NCBI GenBank assembly: GCA_027319585.1
Contig: DAHVMY010000003.1
Coordinates: 35,115-99,114, forward strand
Length of the DNA: 64,000 bases
Source: Candidatus Dormiibacterota bacterium
GTDB taxonomy: Bacteria > Chloroflexota > Dormibacteria > Aeolococcales > Bog-877
Reading direction: 5' to 3'
Shown: positions 27,766-36,501 of the stretch, in pieces
Layout of the letters: each line of letters begins with the position of its first letter
Numbering within the stretch: the first letter of the stretch is position 1
Translations under genes and position numbers: made by a program
The notes under the pieces: model-generated
Databases searched by the model: none
What the model was told of the DNA's origin: nothing
The model's input: the letters and a program-made list of their open reading frames with translations, nothing else

Positions 27766-28610
27766 TAGGAGGCGGTCTCGGCCACGCCTTCCGGCTGCGC
27801 CGCCCGCGGCTGGCGGTTGGTCCTGAACCAGGCGTAGATCAGGATTGGCACTCCGATCAGGAGTACCCCGAGGGAGGTGAGTTGAGCCTGCTTCAGGCCG
27901 AAGGCGATGTAGGGCACGTTCACTGGGTTGCGCAGGAAGAAGAGCCCGAACTGAGTGATCGGGTAGGCGATGATGTAGGTGATCCCGATCCAGCCGTCGG
28001 GCACGTTGCGCTTGCGCAGGTAGATCAGGAGGCCCAGAACCATCAGGATCAGGATTGCCTCATAGGCTGCCGCGGGCTGATAGGCCACGTTGAGCTTGGG
28101 CGCGAACGTGTGGGGATTGGTGTAGGCGGTCGCCCAGGGCAGGTTGGACGGGTAGCCCAGGATGTCGCCGTTGATGATGTTGCCGATCCGGCCGATCGGT
28201 TGCCCCACCGCCGCGAAGAAGGCCGCGGCGTCCAGCAGGATCCAGAAGTTTACCTTCTCCCGCCAGGCCATGAATAGCATGGTGGCCGAGGCCAGGAAGA
28301 TGGCTCCGAAGAAGGCCATCCCACCCTCCCAGAAGGCGAGGATCTGGCCGGGGTGGGTGATGTAGTACAGCGCGCCGGACTGGAGGTCGTAGAACAGCCG
28401 GCCTCCGATCAGGCCCGCGACCACCGCCCAGAAGGCGATCCAGCTGGTCTTGCTCCGCGGTATCCCGTGGCGCTCGGCGTAGGGGAGCGCGACCTGGAGC
28501 CCCACGATGATCGCCACCGCGTAGCCCACGCCGTACCAGTGGATGGTGAGCGGTCCCAGCTTGAAGACGGGATCGATACCGATCTTGATGATCGCGACCA
28601 GAGGGCTCAC
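27765..28610 (-). CDS. lgt: Prolipoprotein diacylglyceryl transferase
   Basis: 'HWYGVGYAVA' and 'GRIGNIINGD' are present. GTG 28610 overlaps the DUF503 stop (GTGA). The TAG stop overlaps the helY GTG by 1 nt. Confidence 0.85.
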   Translation of the reverse strand: MSPLVAIIKIGIDPVFKLGPLTIHWYGVGYAVAIIVGLQVALPYAERHGIPRSKTSWIAFWAVVAGLIGGRLFYDLQSGALYYITHPGQILAFWEGGMAFFGAIFLASATMLFMAWREKVNFWILLDAAAFFAAVGQPIGRIGNIINGDILGYPSNLPWATAYTNPHTFAPKLNVAYQPAAAYEAILILMVLGLLIYLRKRNVPDGWIGITYIIAYPITQFGLFFLRNPVNVPYIAFGLKQAQLTSLGVLLIGVPILIYAWFRTNRQPRAAQPEGVAETAS

Positions 28611-28903
28611 AGGTTGATCAGCTCCAGCTGCGTGTTCGTGACCAGGGCCTCGCCCGAGCCTCCATCCGCCTCCACCCAATTGGCGACCTTGCTCAGCATC
28701 TCGTCCGCGTGCCGACGGTCATTGCTGACGCAGCTGACCCCGATCACCGCCAGCTGCCAGCTGTCCAGGTTGTCCACCTCGGCCACGGCGATGTTGAAGG
28801 TCCGGCGCATCCTGGCGGTCAGCGAGCCCACCACCTGCCGCTTGGCCTTGAGCGAACGGCTCTCGGGGATGTGCAGGGTGAGCACCAGGCTGCCAATGAC
28901 CAC
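28607..28903 (-). CDS. DUF503 (YlxP-like) protein
   Basis: 98 aa with 'LHIPESRSLKAKRQVV...IAVAEVD', typical of the family. Confidence 0.8.
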   Translation of the reverse strand: MVIGSLVLTLHIPESRSLKAKRQVVGSLTARMRRTFNIAVAEVDNLDSWQLAVIGVSCVSNDRRHADEMLSKVANWVEADGGSGEALVTNTQLELINL

Positions 28904-28945
28904 CAGGTCAGTGTAGGAGGTTCCCCGCCAAGCCGCCGCCGGGGC

Positions 28946-29533
28946 TCAGCCCGCTCGCCGGAGCAGCTCCATCACCACGTTCTGCCGGCGTTCCTGGCCA
29001 ACCGTGGTGGTGGGCCCGTGACCGGGGTAGATGACCGTGTTCTCGGGCAGGCTGAGCAGCCGGGACACCACCGCCGTGACCTGTCGGGGCAGGTCGATGT
29101 CCGGCAGGTTGGTGGGACCCAGGTCGCCCGCGCGCAGGGTGTCGCCGGTGAACAGGTGGTTGCCCACCTTGAAGCATAGGCTGCCCGGCGAGTGCCCGGG
29201 GGTGAAGATGACCTCCAGCTCGAAGTCGCCGAATTCGAGGCGGTCCCCGTCCACGAGGTAGCGATCCGCCGAGCGCAGGTACTGCTTGGCATCCAGAAGG
29301 CTGAGCCCGGTCTCGCCGCCCACCGCCCCACGGACCTCATCCTTGGCGCCGGCGTGATTGCGGTGGCCGTGAGTGCACACGATGTGCCGCACCTGATACG
29401 GGCGGCACTGCTCGGCAATCTTGGCCGGGTCCGCCCCGGGGTCGATCACCACCGCCTCGTGGCTGCGGGCGCAGCCGAGGAGATAGCAGTTGGTGGGCTG
29501 GCTGCCCTCGACCTTGATCCGCGCGATCTGCAG
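28946..29533 (-). CDS. MBL-fold metallo-hydrolase (glyoxalase II-like)
   Basis: 'THGHRNHAG' (an HxHxDH variant with Asn at the Asp position) and 'TPGHSPGS' are present. The conserved N-terminal strand 'IARIKVEGSQPTNCYLL' lies upstream of the first GTG (29452) in an open frame with no ATG/GTG/TTG. A CTG start at 29533 or 29560 is therefore inferred. Confidence 0.8.
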   Translation of the reverse strand: MQIARIKVEGSQPTNCYLLGCARSHEAVVIDPGADPAKIAEQCRPYQVRHIVCTHGHRNHAGAKDEVRGAVGGETGLSLLDAKQYLRSADRYLVDGDRLEFGDFELEVIFTPGHSPGSLCFKVGNHLFTGDTLRAGDLGPTNLPDIDLPRQVTAVVSRLLSLPENTVIYPGHGPTTTVGQERRQNVVMELLRRAG

Positions 29534-29556
29534 GCGCGGGCGCGGGGTGGCGCTGC

Positions 29557-29898
29557 TCAGCCGCGTTCCTCGCGCTGCTGCAGCAGCTTCTGGCGCAGCG
29601 CCTCCAGCTGCTCGAACTCCTCCATCGGCGGCTTGGGCATGCGCTGGTACGAGTGGGGGAACTTGGCGTGCTGCAGGGCGGCCAGCAGGGTGTCGACCTC
29701 GTCCTCGGTGAGCCGGTACAGGTGTCCCTGCGCCGCCAGCGGAACCGTGGGCTCGGTCACCAGTTGCGGCTCCAGCTGGCGTGGCTCGGCGAACATGTCC
29801 GCCGGCTCGCCCGCGGGCTCGGCCGCTCCCCTGGGGGGGACCTTGGTGGGCTGAAAGAGCTGGTCCGAACCGCTCAGGCTTGCGCGCTTGAAGGCCAT
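29557..29898 (-). CDS. Hypothetical protein (113 aa): disordered Pro/Glu-rich N-terminal half and helical C-terminal half; candidate ParA partner
   Basis: ATG lies 10 nt after the parA-like stop. N-terminus is 'MAFKRASL'. No family was recognised. Confidence 0.5.
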   Translation of the reverse strand: MAFKRASLSGSDQLFQPTKVPPRGAAEPAGEPADMFAEPRQLEPQLVTEPTVPLAAQGHLYRLTEDEVDTLLAALQHAKFPHSYQRMPKPPMEEFEQLEALRQKLLQQREERG

Positions 29899-29908
29899 CT
29901 CAGATCTC

Positions 29909-30703
29909 CTATCTGGTGGCGAGAACTTGCTCTGCCAACTTGCGGTAGGCGGAGGCCCCGTCGGAGTCCTTGGCGTATTGGAGGATGGACATTCCCACCA
30001 GCGGGCACTCCGCGAATCGGATGCTGTCGCCCACCTGGAAGGGGTAGACCATGGCGCCGAAGTGGGACGAGACCTCCTGCAGGACCTCGTTGGCGTGCAC
30101 GGTCCGCCCCTTGTGGATGGTGGGCAGGATGCCGTGGATCCGCAACCGGGGATTCAGCTTGACCCGGATCCGCTCGATGGTGCGCTGAAGCTGCTCCATC
30201 CCCTTCATCCCGAAGTACTCGCACTGCAAGGGGATGATCACGTCGGTCGCCACCACCAGCGCGTTGATCGAGAGCAGACCCAGAGAAGGGGGGCAGTCGA
30301 CGATCACGAAGTCGTACTCACCCAGGAGGGGATGCAACTTCTCCCGCAGCACGGACTCCCGCCCGATCTCGGTCACCAGCTGGAGCTCGGCTCCGGCGAG
30401 TTCCACGTTGGCGGGCAGGAAGTCGACCCCGACCCCGGGGGAGTGCAGCCGCACGTCCTCGGCCTGCACGTTGTGCTCGCACAACATGTCGTAGACCGTC
30501 AGCCGCAGGTCGTCAGGGTTGCGGACACCCATGTTCACGGTCAGATGTCCCTGGGGATCGAGGTCCACCAGCAGCACCCGGCTGCCGCGCTCGGCGAGCG
30601 CGCTCCCCAGGTTGACCGCGGTCGTGGTCTTGCCGACCCCCCCCTTCTGGTTGGCGATGGCGAAGACCTGCGCCTCGCGGGTTACGTGGTGATTGGAGGA
30701 CAT
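29909..30703 (-). CDS. ParA/Soj-type ATPase (orphan, no ParB nearby)
   Basis: Start at ATG 30703. Deviant Walker A 'NQKGGVGKTTTAVNLG'; 264 aa. Confidence 0.9.
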   Translation of the reverse strand: MSSNHHVTREAQVFAIANQKGGVGKTTTAVNLGSALAERGSRVLLVDLDPQGHLTVNMGVRNPDDLRLTVYDMLCEHNVQAEDVRLHSPGVGVDFLPANVELAGAELQLVTEIGRESVLREKLHPLLGEYDFVIVDCPPSLGLLSINALVVATDVIIPLQCEYFGMKGMEQLQRTIERIRVKLNPRLRIHGILPTIHKGRTVHANEVLQEVSSHFGAMVYPFQVGDSIRFAECPLVGMSILQYAKDSDGASAYRKLAEQVLATR

Positions 30704-30898
30704 TTGGTAGCCGGACCTCGGGCGGGGTGCCAGGTCACTCCAGCGACCGGCCTGATGGCCCCCTGCCGCTATCATATGGCGGCTTGAGGAAGAGCAGGGA
30801 GCCGGTGACGCCGATTCGGAGCTGCTCCTGGCGCGAACCGGGCGGGTCCCGAACCACCTGCCGACACCTATTAGATCATCGGCTCGTAACCAAGGAGG

Positions 30899-31774
30899 AT
30901 GTGGGTCACCGTGGCTGATGTCACTGAGCACCAGAAGCCCAAGGTGGAGGCGGTGGAAGAGGCCATCCAGCTGGCCCTCTCGTTTCGTTGGGCGGAGGCC
31001 GAGGCCGCCAACCGGGACCTCCTGGAGCGTTTCGGTCCGGACCCGGACGCGCAGAACCGGCTCGGCAAGGCGCTCATGGAGCTGGGCCGGCTGCGTGAGG
31101 CCCAGGAGGCATATCGCAAGACCCTCGAGCTCAGTCCCAGCAACCCGATCGCCCGCCGTCAGCTGGCCAAGCTGGAGGCAACGGCTCTGGAGCCGGCGGT
31201 GTCGCCCGGCGGGGTGCCGACCCTGGATGCGAAGTTCTTCACCGAGGAACCGGGGAAGACCACCATCACCAAGCTGATCCAGGACGGGGACGGGGTGCCT
31301 CCGGCGGTTTTGCCCGGAGATCCCGTGGAGCTGGTCCTGGGCCAGACCGACGTCAGGGTCCGCAGTGCCCGGGGCGCCGATCTCGGCTCGTTGGAGCCGC
31401 GGCTGGCCCAGCGGATCATCCGCCTCACAGAGGGGGGGAATCAGTACGCCGGGGCGGTCACCCATGTGGATCAGTCGGGGGTTCAGGTGATCGTGCGCGA
31501 GACCTTCCAGGCCGCGGCCATGGCAGGCACCGTCTCCTTCCCCAGCCGCAAGGCGAAGGAGGTCGACTACCGCCCGTACGCCAAGGAGTCGGTGCGTCCG
31601 CGGGAGGCTGATGCCTCGGCCCTGCTGGCGGACGACGAGGACGACGACGATGTGCCCTCTCGGCCGAGCCGGGTGGCGGTCGATGTCGACGACGGATTCA
31701 CGGAATTCTCGGACCTCGACGACTCGGATGACGCCGTCGACGAAGATCTGGAGGAGGATCCGGAGGAGTTCTGA
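30899..31774 (+). CDS. TPR-containing protein with a strongly acidic C-terminal tail
   Basis: TPR-like helices ('GKALMELGRLREAQEAYRKTLELSPSNPIA') and a tail 'DDEDDDDV...DLDDSDDAVDEDLEEDPEEF' are present. AAGGAGG abuts ATG 30899, so GTG 30911 (12 nt after the SD) is an alternative start. Confidence 0.65.
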   Translation: MWVTVADVTEHQKPKVEAVEEAIQLALSFRWAEAEAANRDLLERFGPDPDAQNRLGKALMELGRLREAQEAYRKTLELSPSNPIARRQLAKLEATALEPAVSPGGVPTLDAKFFTEEPGKTTITKLIQDGDGVPPAVLPGDPVELVLGQTDVRVRSARGADLGSLEPRLAQRIIRLTEGGNQYAGAVTHVDQSGVQVIVRETFQAAAMAGTVSFPSRKAKEVDYRPYAKESVRPREADASALLADDEDDDDVPSRPSRVAVDVDDGFTEFSDLDDSDDAVDEDLEEDPEEF

Positions 31775-31795
31775 CCGGAGCTCCTTCGCGCCGGC

Positions 31796-32296
31796 TCAGT
31801 CGACTCGGCCCAGGTCCGGCTCCGGGGGGGCGAGCAGACTTCGCTCGAAGCAGGTCCGCAGGACCACCGAGGAGCGGCTCGACAGTCCGGGGTGCCGGTC
31901 CCGCAGGCGAGCCAGGAAGTCCGCCAGCTCCGCGGTGGAGCCCACCCTCACCTTGGCCACATAGCAGTCCTCGCCCGCCACCTCGTGGAGTTCGGTGACG
32001 CTGGGCTCGCCGGCGAGGTCCGCCTCCAGCCGCTCGCGGGAGTCGCGGTCCCCATCCAGGCGCAGGAATACCAGCGCGGCGGTGCCCGCGCCCACGCTCT
32101 CCGGGTCGACCTGCGCCGTGTATCCGCGGATGACCCCCGCTGCCTCCAGCTTGTGGATGCGCTCATGCACCGCCGGAGCCGACAGCCCCACCTGCTCTCC
32201 CAAGGCCGCCAGAGTGAGCCGCCCGCTGCCGGCGAGCGCCCGCAGCAGGGTCCGGTCGATCCGATCCAACTCCGGGAACTTCGCTGAAGATTTCAC
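31796..32296 (-). CDS. Lrp/AsnC family transcriptional regulator
   Basis: An N-terminal HTH 'LDRIDRTLLRALAGSGRLTLAALGEQVGLSAPAVHERIHKLE' is followed by a RAM domain. Confidence 0.85.
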   Translation of the reverse strand: MKSSAKFPELDRIDRTLLRALAGSGRLTLAALGEQVGLSAPAVHERIHKLEAAGVIRGYTAQVDPESVGAGTAALVFLRLDGDRDSRERLEADLAGEPSVTELHEVAGEDCYVAKVRVGSTAELADFLARLRDRHPGLSSRSSVVLRTCFERSLLAPPEPDLGRVD

Positions 32297-32343
32297 GGTT
32301 GCTCCACTAAACTAGGACAATAATCTTAAGTCTTCGTTCGGCT

Positions 32344-33303
32344 ATGGGGGCCTCGATCAAGGTGGGTGATATGGCGGCGGGGCGGAGTCACCTCCGCGGC
32401 TGGATGGCCCTGGTGGTGGTCTACTTCGTCTGGGGATCGACCTTCACCGGCATCCAGGTGGCGATCCGAGCCGTCCCCCCACTGCTGATGGCCGGCACCC
32501 GCTACCTGCTGGCAGGGCTCCTGCTCTATCTCTGGGTTGCCCGCCGCCGCCCCTGGCGGCCGCCGGCCTGGCGCGAACTGAGGGGGGCCGGGTTGGTTGG
32601 CCTGCTCCTCCTGCTGGGCGGCAACGGCCTGGTGAGCTGGGCCGAGCTCAGGGTCCCCTCCGGGCTGGCCGCCCTGATCATCGCCACCGTGCCCCTCTGG
32701 ATGGCCGTGCTGGGGATCCTGTTCTGGAGGCGACCCTCCCCCGGGCGGGTGGGGTGGCTCGGGGTCCTGGTCGGCCTGGTGGGGGTGGCGGTGCTCGCGG
32801 ACCCGGTGGGAGGCGGCCATCTGAATCCTCTATCCACCTTGGCCTTGCTGTTGGCGGCGTTGCTCTGGGCGATGGGGTCCCTCTACTCCCAGCGGGCTCC
32901 GATGCCGGCTGACATCTTCCTGGCGTCGGCCGTGGAAATGATCGTAGGTGGGGTGGGGCTGGTCGTGGCCGCGGTTGCAACCGGTGAGCCGGGGACGGTC
33001 CACCTCGCCCACCTGGGAGGGGCGCCGTTGGTCGCTTACCTGTGGCTGGTCCTGGGCGGGTCGATCCTGGGATACACCTGCTACGTCTACGCGCTCAAGT
33101 CGCTGCCGACCCCGACCGTGGCGACCTACGCCTACGTCAACCCGGTGGTGGCGCTGGGGCTCGGTTTTTTCATCCTCGGTCAGGGCCTCTCGCCCGCCAG
33201 CGCGGTGGCGGCGGCCCTGATCACCCTGGGGGTGGTGCTGATGGTGAGCGGGCCGCGTCTGGCGGACCGCCGCCGCCGGCTGGCCGCGGCCGGATCGGTG
33301 TGA
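32344..33303 (+). CDS. EamA/DMT family transporter
   Basis: 10 TM, two EamA halves, divergent from the Lrp regulator. Confidence 0.85.
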   Translation: MGASIKVGDMAAGRSHLRGWMALVVVYFVWGSTFTGIQVAIRAVPPLLMAGTRYLLAGLLLYLWVARRRPWRPPAWRELRGAGLVGLLLLLGGNGLVSWAELRVPSGLAALIIATVPLWMAVLGILFWRRPSPGRVGWLGVLVGLVGVAVLADPVGGGHLNPLSTLALLLAALLWAMGSLYSQRAPMPADIFLASAVEMIVGGVGLVVAAVATGEPGTVHLAHLGGAPLVAYLWLVLGGSILGYTCYVYALKSLPTPTVATYAYVNPVVALGLGFFILGQGLSPASAVAAALITLGVVLMVSGPRLADRRRRLAAAGSV

Positions 33304-33310
33304 GCCGCGC

Positions 33311-34183
33311 TCAGAAGAGGACCGAGCGCATCGTGCCGACGCGTCGGAAGCCGACCCGCTCGTAGACCCTGATGGCGCCGAGGTTGAAGTCGTTGACGAA
33401 CAGCGTGATCGCCTGGGAGTCGGCCAGCAACCGCCCACACAGGGTGGCCATCCCCCGGGTCCCCAAGCCCTGGTGGCGACGGTCGGGCCGGGTCCACACG
33501 CCCTGCAGCTGCACCGCCTCGGCGGTGACCGCGGCACACTCTGCCTTGAACACGATCCGGCCGTCTTCAACCCAGATGTGGATCCACCCCCGCCGAATCA
33601 GGGTGCGGACCCGCTGGCGGTAGCCGTCCGGATCCGACCTCATCGGGTCGAACCCGACCTCCTCCAGGTGCATCGCGGCCCCGGCGGTCAGCACCTGGTC
33701 GAAGTCATCCAGGGTCGCTGGCCGCATTGGGGCGGGCTCGCCGACATCGACCAGCTCGGCTGTCGTGACGGCGTAGTGCGGCTGCTCCGCCCGCAGCAGC
33801 CGCGGGGTTCGGAGCTCCCCTCCCAGCCGCTCCTGCAGCGAGGCGATCTGGTCCCGCGGGCCCACCAGGAGTTGGATCAGGTGGGCCCGCGGACGCAGCG
33901 CGTCCGCCAGCGCCGCCAGGTCTCGGGAGCAGGGTGCCCACGGGACCACCAGCGGCCCGATGAGGGCGGCGGCCGAGATCGCCCCCGGCTCCTCAGGGTG
34001 CTCGACGCCGTAGATTGCTCCCTGGCGCAGCGCCCCGTGGCGCAGTTCACTGCGAAGGTAGACGTTGTCGAGCGGCGCCCTCCCGAGGCACTCCTCCAGC
34101 GCCACCAGATCCGCCGCCCGGAGCTGCCGCACCCGGGGACGGCGATCACCTCCCCGCCTCAGCACGCCTGGAATTATGACCAC
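33311..34183 (-). CDS. GNAT family N-acetyltransferase (two-domain)
   Basis: The C-terminal acetyl-CoA site reads 'LQGVWTRPDRRHQGLGTRGMATL'. Start is GTG 34183 (or 34165). The track extension to 34606 is antisense to argC. Confidence 0.7.
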   Translation of the reverse strand: MVIIPGVLRRGGDRRPRVRQLRAADLVALEECLGRAPLDNVYLRSELRHGALRQGAIYGVEHPEEPGAISAAALIGPLVVPWAPCSRDLAALADALRPRAHLIQLLVGPRDQIASLQERLGGELRTPRLLRAEQPHYAVTTAELVDVGEPAPMRPATLDDFDQVLTAGAAMHLEEVGFDPMRSDPDGYRQRVRTLIRRGWIHIWVEDGRIVFKAECAAVTAEAVQLQGVWTRPDRRHQGLGTRGMATLCGRLLADSQAITLFVNDFNLGAIRVYERVGFRRVGTMRSVLF

Positions 34184-34216
34184 GCGATGGCGGCTCCAGC
34201 ATCCATGCACCGCGGC

Positions 34217-34228
34217 GCATAAATATGC
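34217..34228. promoter_or_regulatory. Candidate ARG box (ArgR operator) upstream of argC
   Basis: GCATA-AA-TATGC is a perfect 5-bp-arm palindrome around an AT centre, 13 nt upstream of the argC GTG. It lies in the only AT-rich patch of the 57-bp GNAT/argC divergent spacer. Confidence 0.4.
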
Positions 34229-34240
34229 AAGAATGACGCG

Positions 34241-35278
34241 GTGTCCAGCACGAGTCGCGGAACCTCCCGCCTGCGGGTGGCGGTGGCGGGTGGCACCGGC
34301 TATGCCGGGGCGGGGTTGGTGGCGCTGCTGGAGCGCCACCCCGCGGTCGAACTGGTCGAGGTCTCGTCCCGAACCCAGGCCGGCCGCCGCCACTCGGAGG
34401 TCTACCCGGGATCGGAGTGTGATCTCACGCTCGGCGACGAGGTCGACGGCGCCGCGTGCGACGCTGTGGTGGCGGCCCTTCCCGCTCGCGAGTCGGCCGG
34501 GCGCGCGTCCCGCTGGCTCAGCCACGGTGCGGTGGTGATCGACGTGGGCCCGGACTTCCGGCTGCGCGACCCAGCGCTGTATCAGCTCTGGTACGGCGCC
34601 GAGCATCCCCGCCCCGACCTCCTGGCCGAGGCCGTCCTGGCCCTGCCTGAGCTCCAGCCCGGCCCGATCGCCACGGCGCGACTGATCGCCCTACCTGGCT
34701 GTTTCTCCACCGCGGCCATCCTCGGGTGCGGGCCGGCGGTCACGGAGCAGCTGGTCGAGCCGGAAGTTCTGGTGGATGCCAAGAGCGGAATAAGCGGGGC
34801 CGGGCGGCAGGCGGGGTCAGACTACCTGTTCGCGGAGGTGGCGGAGACGGTGCGCGCATATGCCGTCGGCGGCCACCGGCACCGCCCGGAGATGGAGCAG
34901 GCGTTCTCGGGACTGGCGCCAGGAGAGTGGGCCGTGACCTTCGTGCCGCATCTGGTGCCGATGGCTCGCGGGATCGCGGCCACCTGCTACCTGCGCCCGC
35001 GTCCCGGCGTCGGGTTGGAGTCGCTTCGGGACGCCTACCGAAGCTGGTACGGCGACCAGCCCTTCATGCGGCTGGGCGAGCAGGCTCCCTCCAGCAAGCT
35101 GGCGTCGGGCACCAACCTGTGCTACCTGAGCGTCCACCAACAGGCGACCACGGTCGTGGTCTGCGCGGTGCTGGACAACCTGGGCCGGGGGGCCGCCTCC
35201 CAGGCCGTGCAGGTGCTGAACCAGCGCTTCGGCTTGGAGCCGACCGCGGGGCTGGAGCCAGAACCGAGGTGGCCGTGA
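34241..35278 (+). CDS. argC: N-acetyl-gamma-glutamyl-phosphate reductase
   Basis: 'VAGGTGYAG' and the catalytic 'LPGCFSTAA' are present. Confidence 0.9.
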   Translation: MSSTSRGTSRLRVAVAGGTGYAGAGLVALLERHPAVELVEVSSRTQAGRRHSEVYPGSECDLTLGDEVDGAACDAVVAALPARESAGRASRWLSHGAVVIDVGPDFRLRDPALYQLWYGAEHPRPDLLAEAVLALPELQPGPIATARLIALPGCFSTAAILGCGPAVTEQLVEPEVLVDAKSGISGAGRQAGSDYLFAEVAETVRAYAVGGHRHRPEMEQAFSGLAPGEWAVTFVPHLVPMARGIAATCYLRPRPGVGLESLRDAYRSWYGDQPFMRLGEQAPSSKLASGTNLCYLSVHQQATTVVVCAVLDNLGRGAASQAVQVLNQRFGLEPTAGLEPEPRWP

Positions 35279-36501
35279 CCGATTCGGCCGCTGAGCTGGC
35301 GCCGGTCCTGGGCGGGGTGACCGCGGCGAAGGGGTTCTCGGCCGGAGCCGCTGCCGCCGACGTCCGCGGCGACGGATCCTCTCGGCTCGACGTGGCCCTT
35401 ATCGTCAGCGACCGTCCGGCCGCCGCAGCCGGGGTCTTCACGACCAACTTGGTCAAGGCGGCCCCCGTCGCGATCAGCCAGCTGCATGTCAAGCGGGGGC
35501 TGGCCCGCGCGATCGTCGTCAACAGCGGCAACGCCAACGCCTGCACGGGTGCCCGGGGGCTGGGCGATGCCCTGCGGATGGCCCAGGCCGCGGCGGACGC
35601 CGTCGACTGTCCCCCCCAGGAGGTGCTGGTCGCCTCCACCGGGGTGATCGGCAGGATCATGCCGGTGGACCGCATCCTGGCCGGTATCACCTTAGCCGCG
35701 ACCTCCCTCGGCCCCCACGGCGACCGGGCGGCGCAGGCCATCATGACCACCGACACCTACCCCAAGCAGGCCGCGGTGAGCTTTGCGCTCGGCGGCGTCG
35801 ACCACGTGGTCGGGGCGGTCGCCAAGGGGTCCGGGATGATCCACCCGGAGATGGCCACGATGCTGGCGTTCGTGACCACCGATGCCCGGGTGGACCCCGC
35901 CCTGGCCCGGATCTCGCTCGCCCAGTCGGTGCGACGCACCTTCAACCGGATCAGCGTCGACGGCGACACCAGCACCAACGACTGCTGCTTTCTGCTGGCC
36001 AACGGCGCCGCGGGGGGGCCGGAGATCCGGCCCGACACGGCGGATGCGGAGCGGCTGACCCGGGCGCTGGACACGGTGCTGTGGTCACTGGCGGAGCAGA
36101 TCGTGGCCGACGGGGAGGGGGCGACCAGGACCTTCTCGGTCCGCGTCCTCGGGGCGATCGACGAGCAGCAGGCGCTGCGTGCCGCCCGCACGGTGACCAG
36201 CTCCCCCCTGGTGAAGACCGCGATCCACGGTGGCGACCCCAACTGGGGACGGATCCTGGCAGCGGTGGGCCGCTCCGGAGTGGAGCTGGCGCTCGACCGC
36301 TGCCGCCTTGCCATCGCGGGTGAGGAGCTCTTTGCCAGGGGTCAGGTGGCGGAGGGCGCGGTCGAGAGGGTGGCTCCGCGGCTGCTGCAACCGCGTGTGG
36401 CGGTTGAGATCAACCTGGGGGTCGGGGACGCCGAGGCGACCGCGCTCGGCTGCGACCTGACCGCCGACTATGTGAGGATCAATGCCGACTACTCCACCTG
36501 A
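35275..36501 (+). CDS. argJ: Bifunctional ornithine acetyltransferase / N-acetylglutamate synthase
   Basis: GTG 35275 overlaps the argC stop (GTGA). The autoprocessing site 'PEMATMLAFVTTDA' is present. Confidence 0.9.
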   Translation: MTDSAAELAPVLGGVTAAKGFSAGAAAADVRGDGSSRLDVALIVSDRPAAAAGVFTTNLVKAAPVAISQLHVKRGLARAIVVNSGNANACTGARGLGDALRMAQAAADAVDCPPQEVLVASTGVIGRIMPVDRILAGITLAATSLGPHGDRAAQAIMTTDTYPKQAAVSFALGGVDHVVGAVAKGSGMIHPEMATMLAFVTTDARVDPALARISLAQSVRRTFNRISVDGDTSTNDCCFLLANGAAGGPEIRPDTADAERLTRALDTVLWSLAEQIVADGEGATRTFSVRVLGAIDEQQALRAARTVTSSPLVKTAIHGGDPNWGRILAAVGRSGVELALDRCRLAIAGEELFARGQVAEGAVERVAPRLLQPRVAVEINLGVGDAEATALGCDLTADYVRINADYST

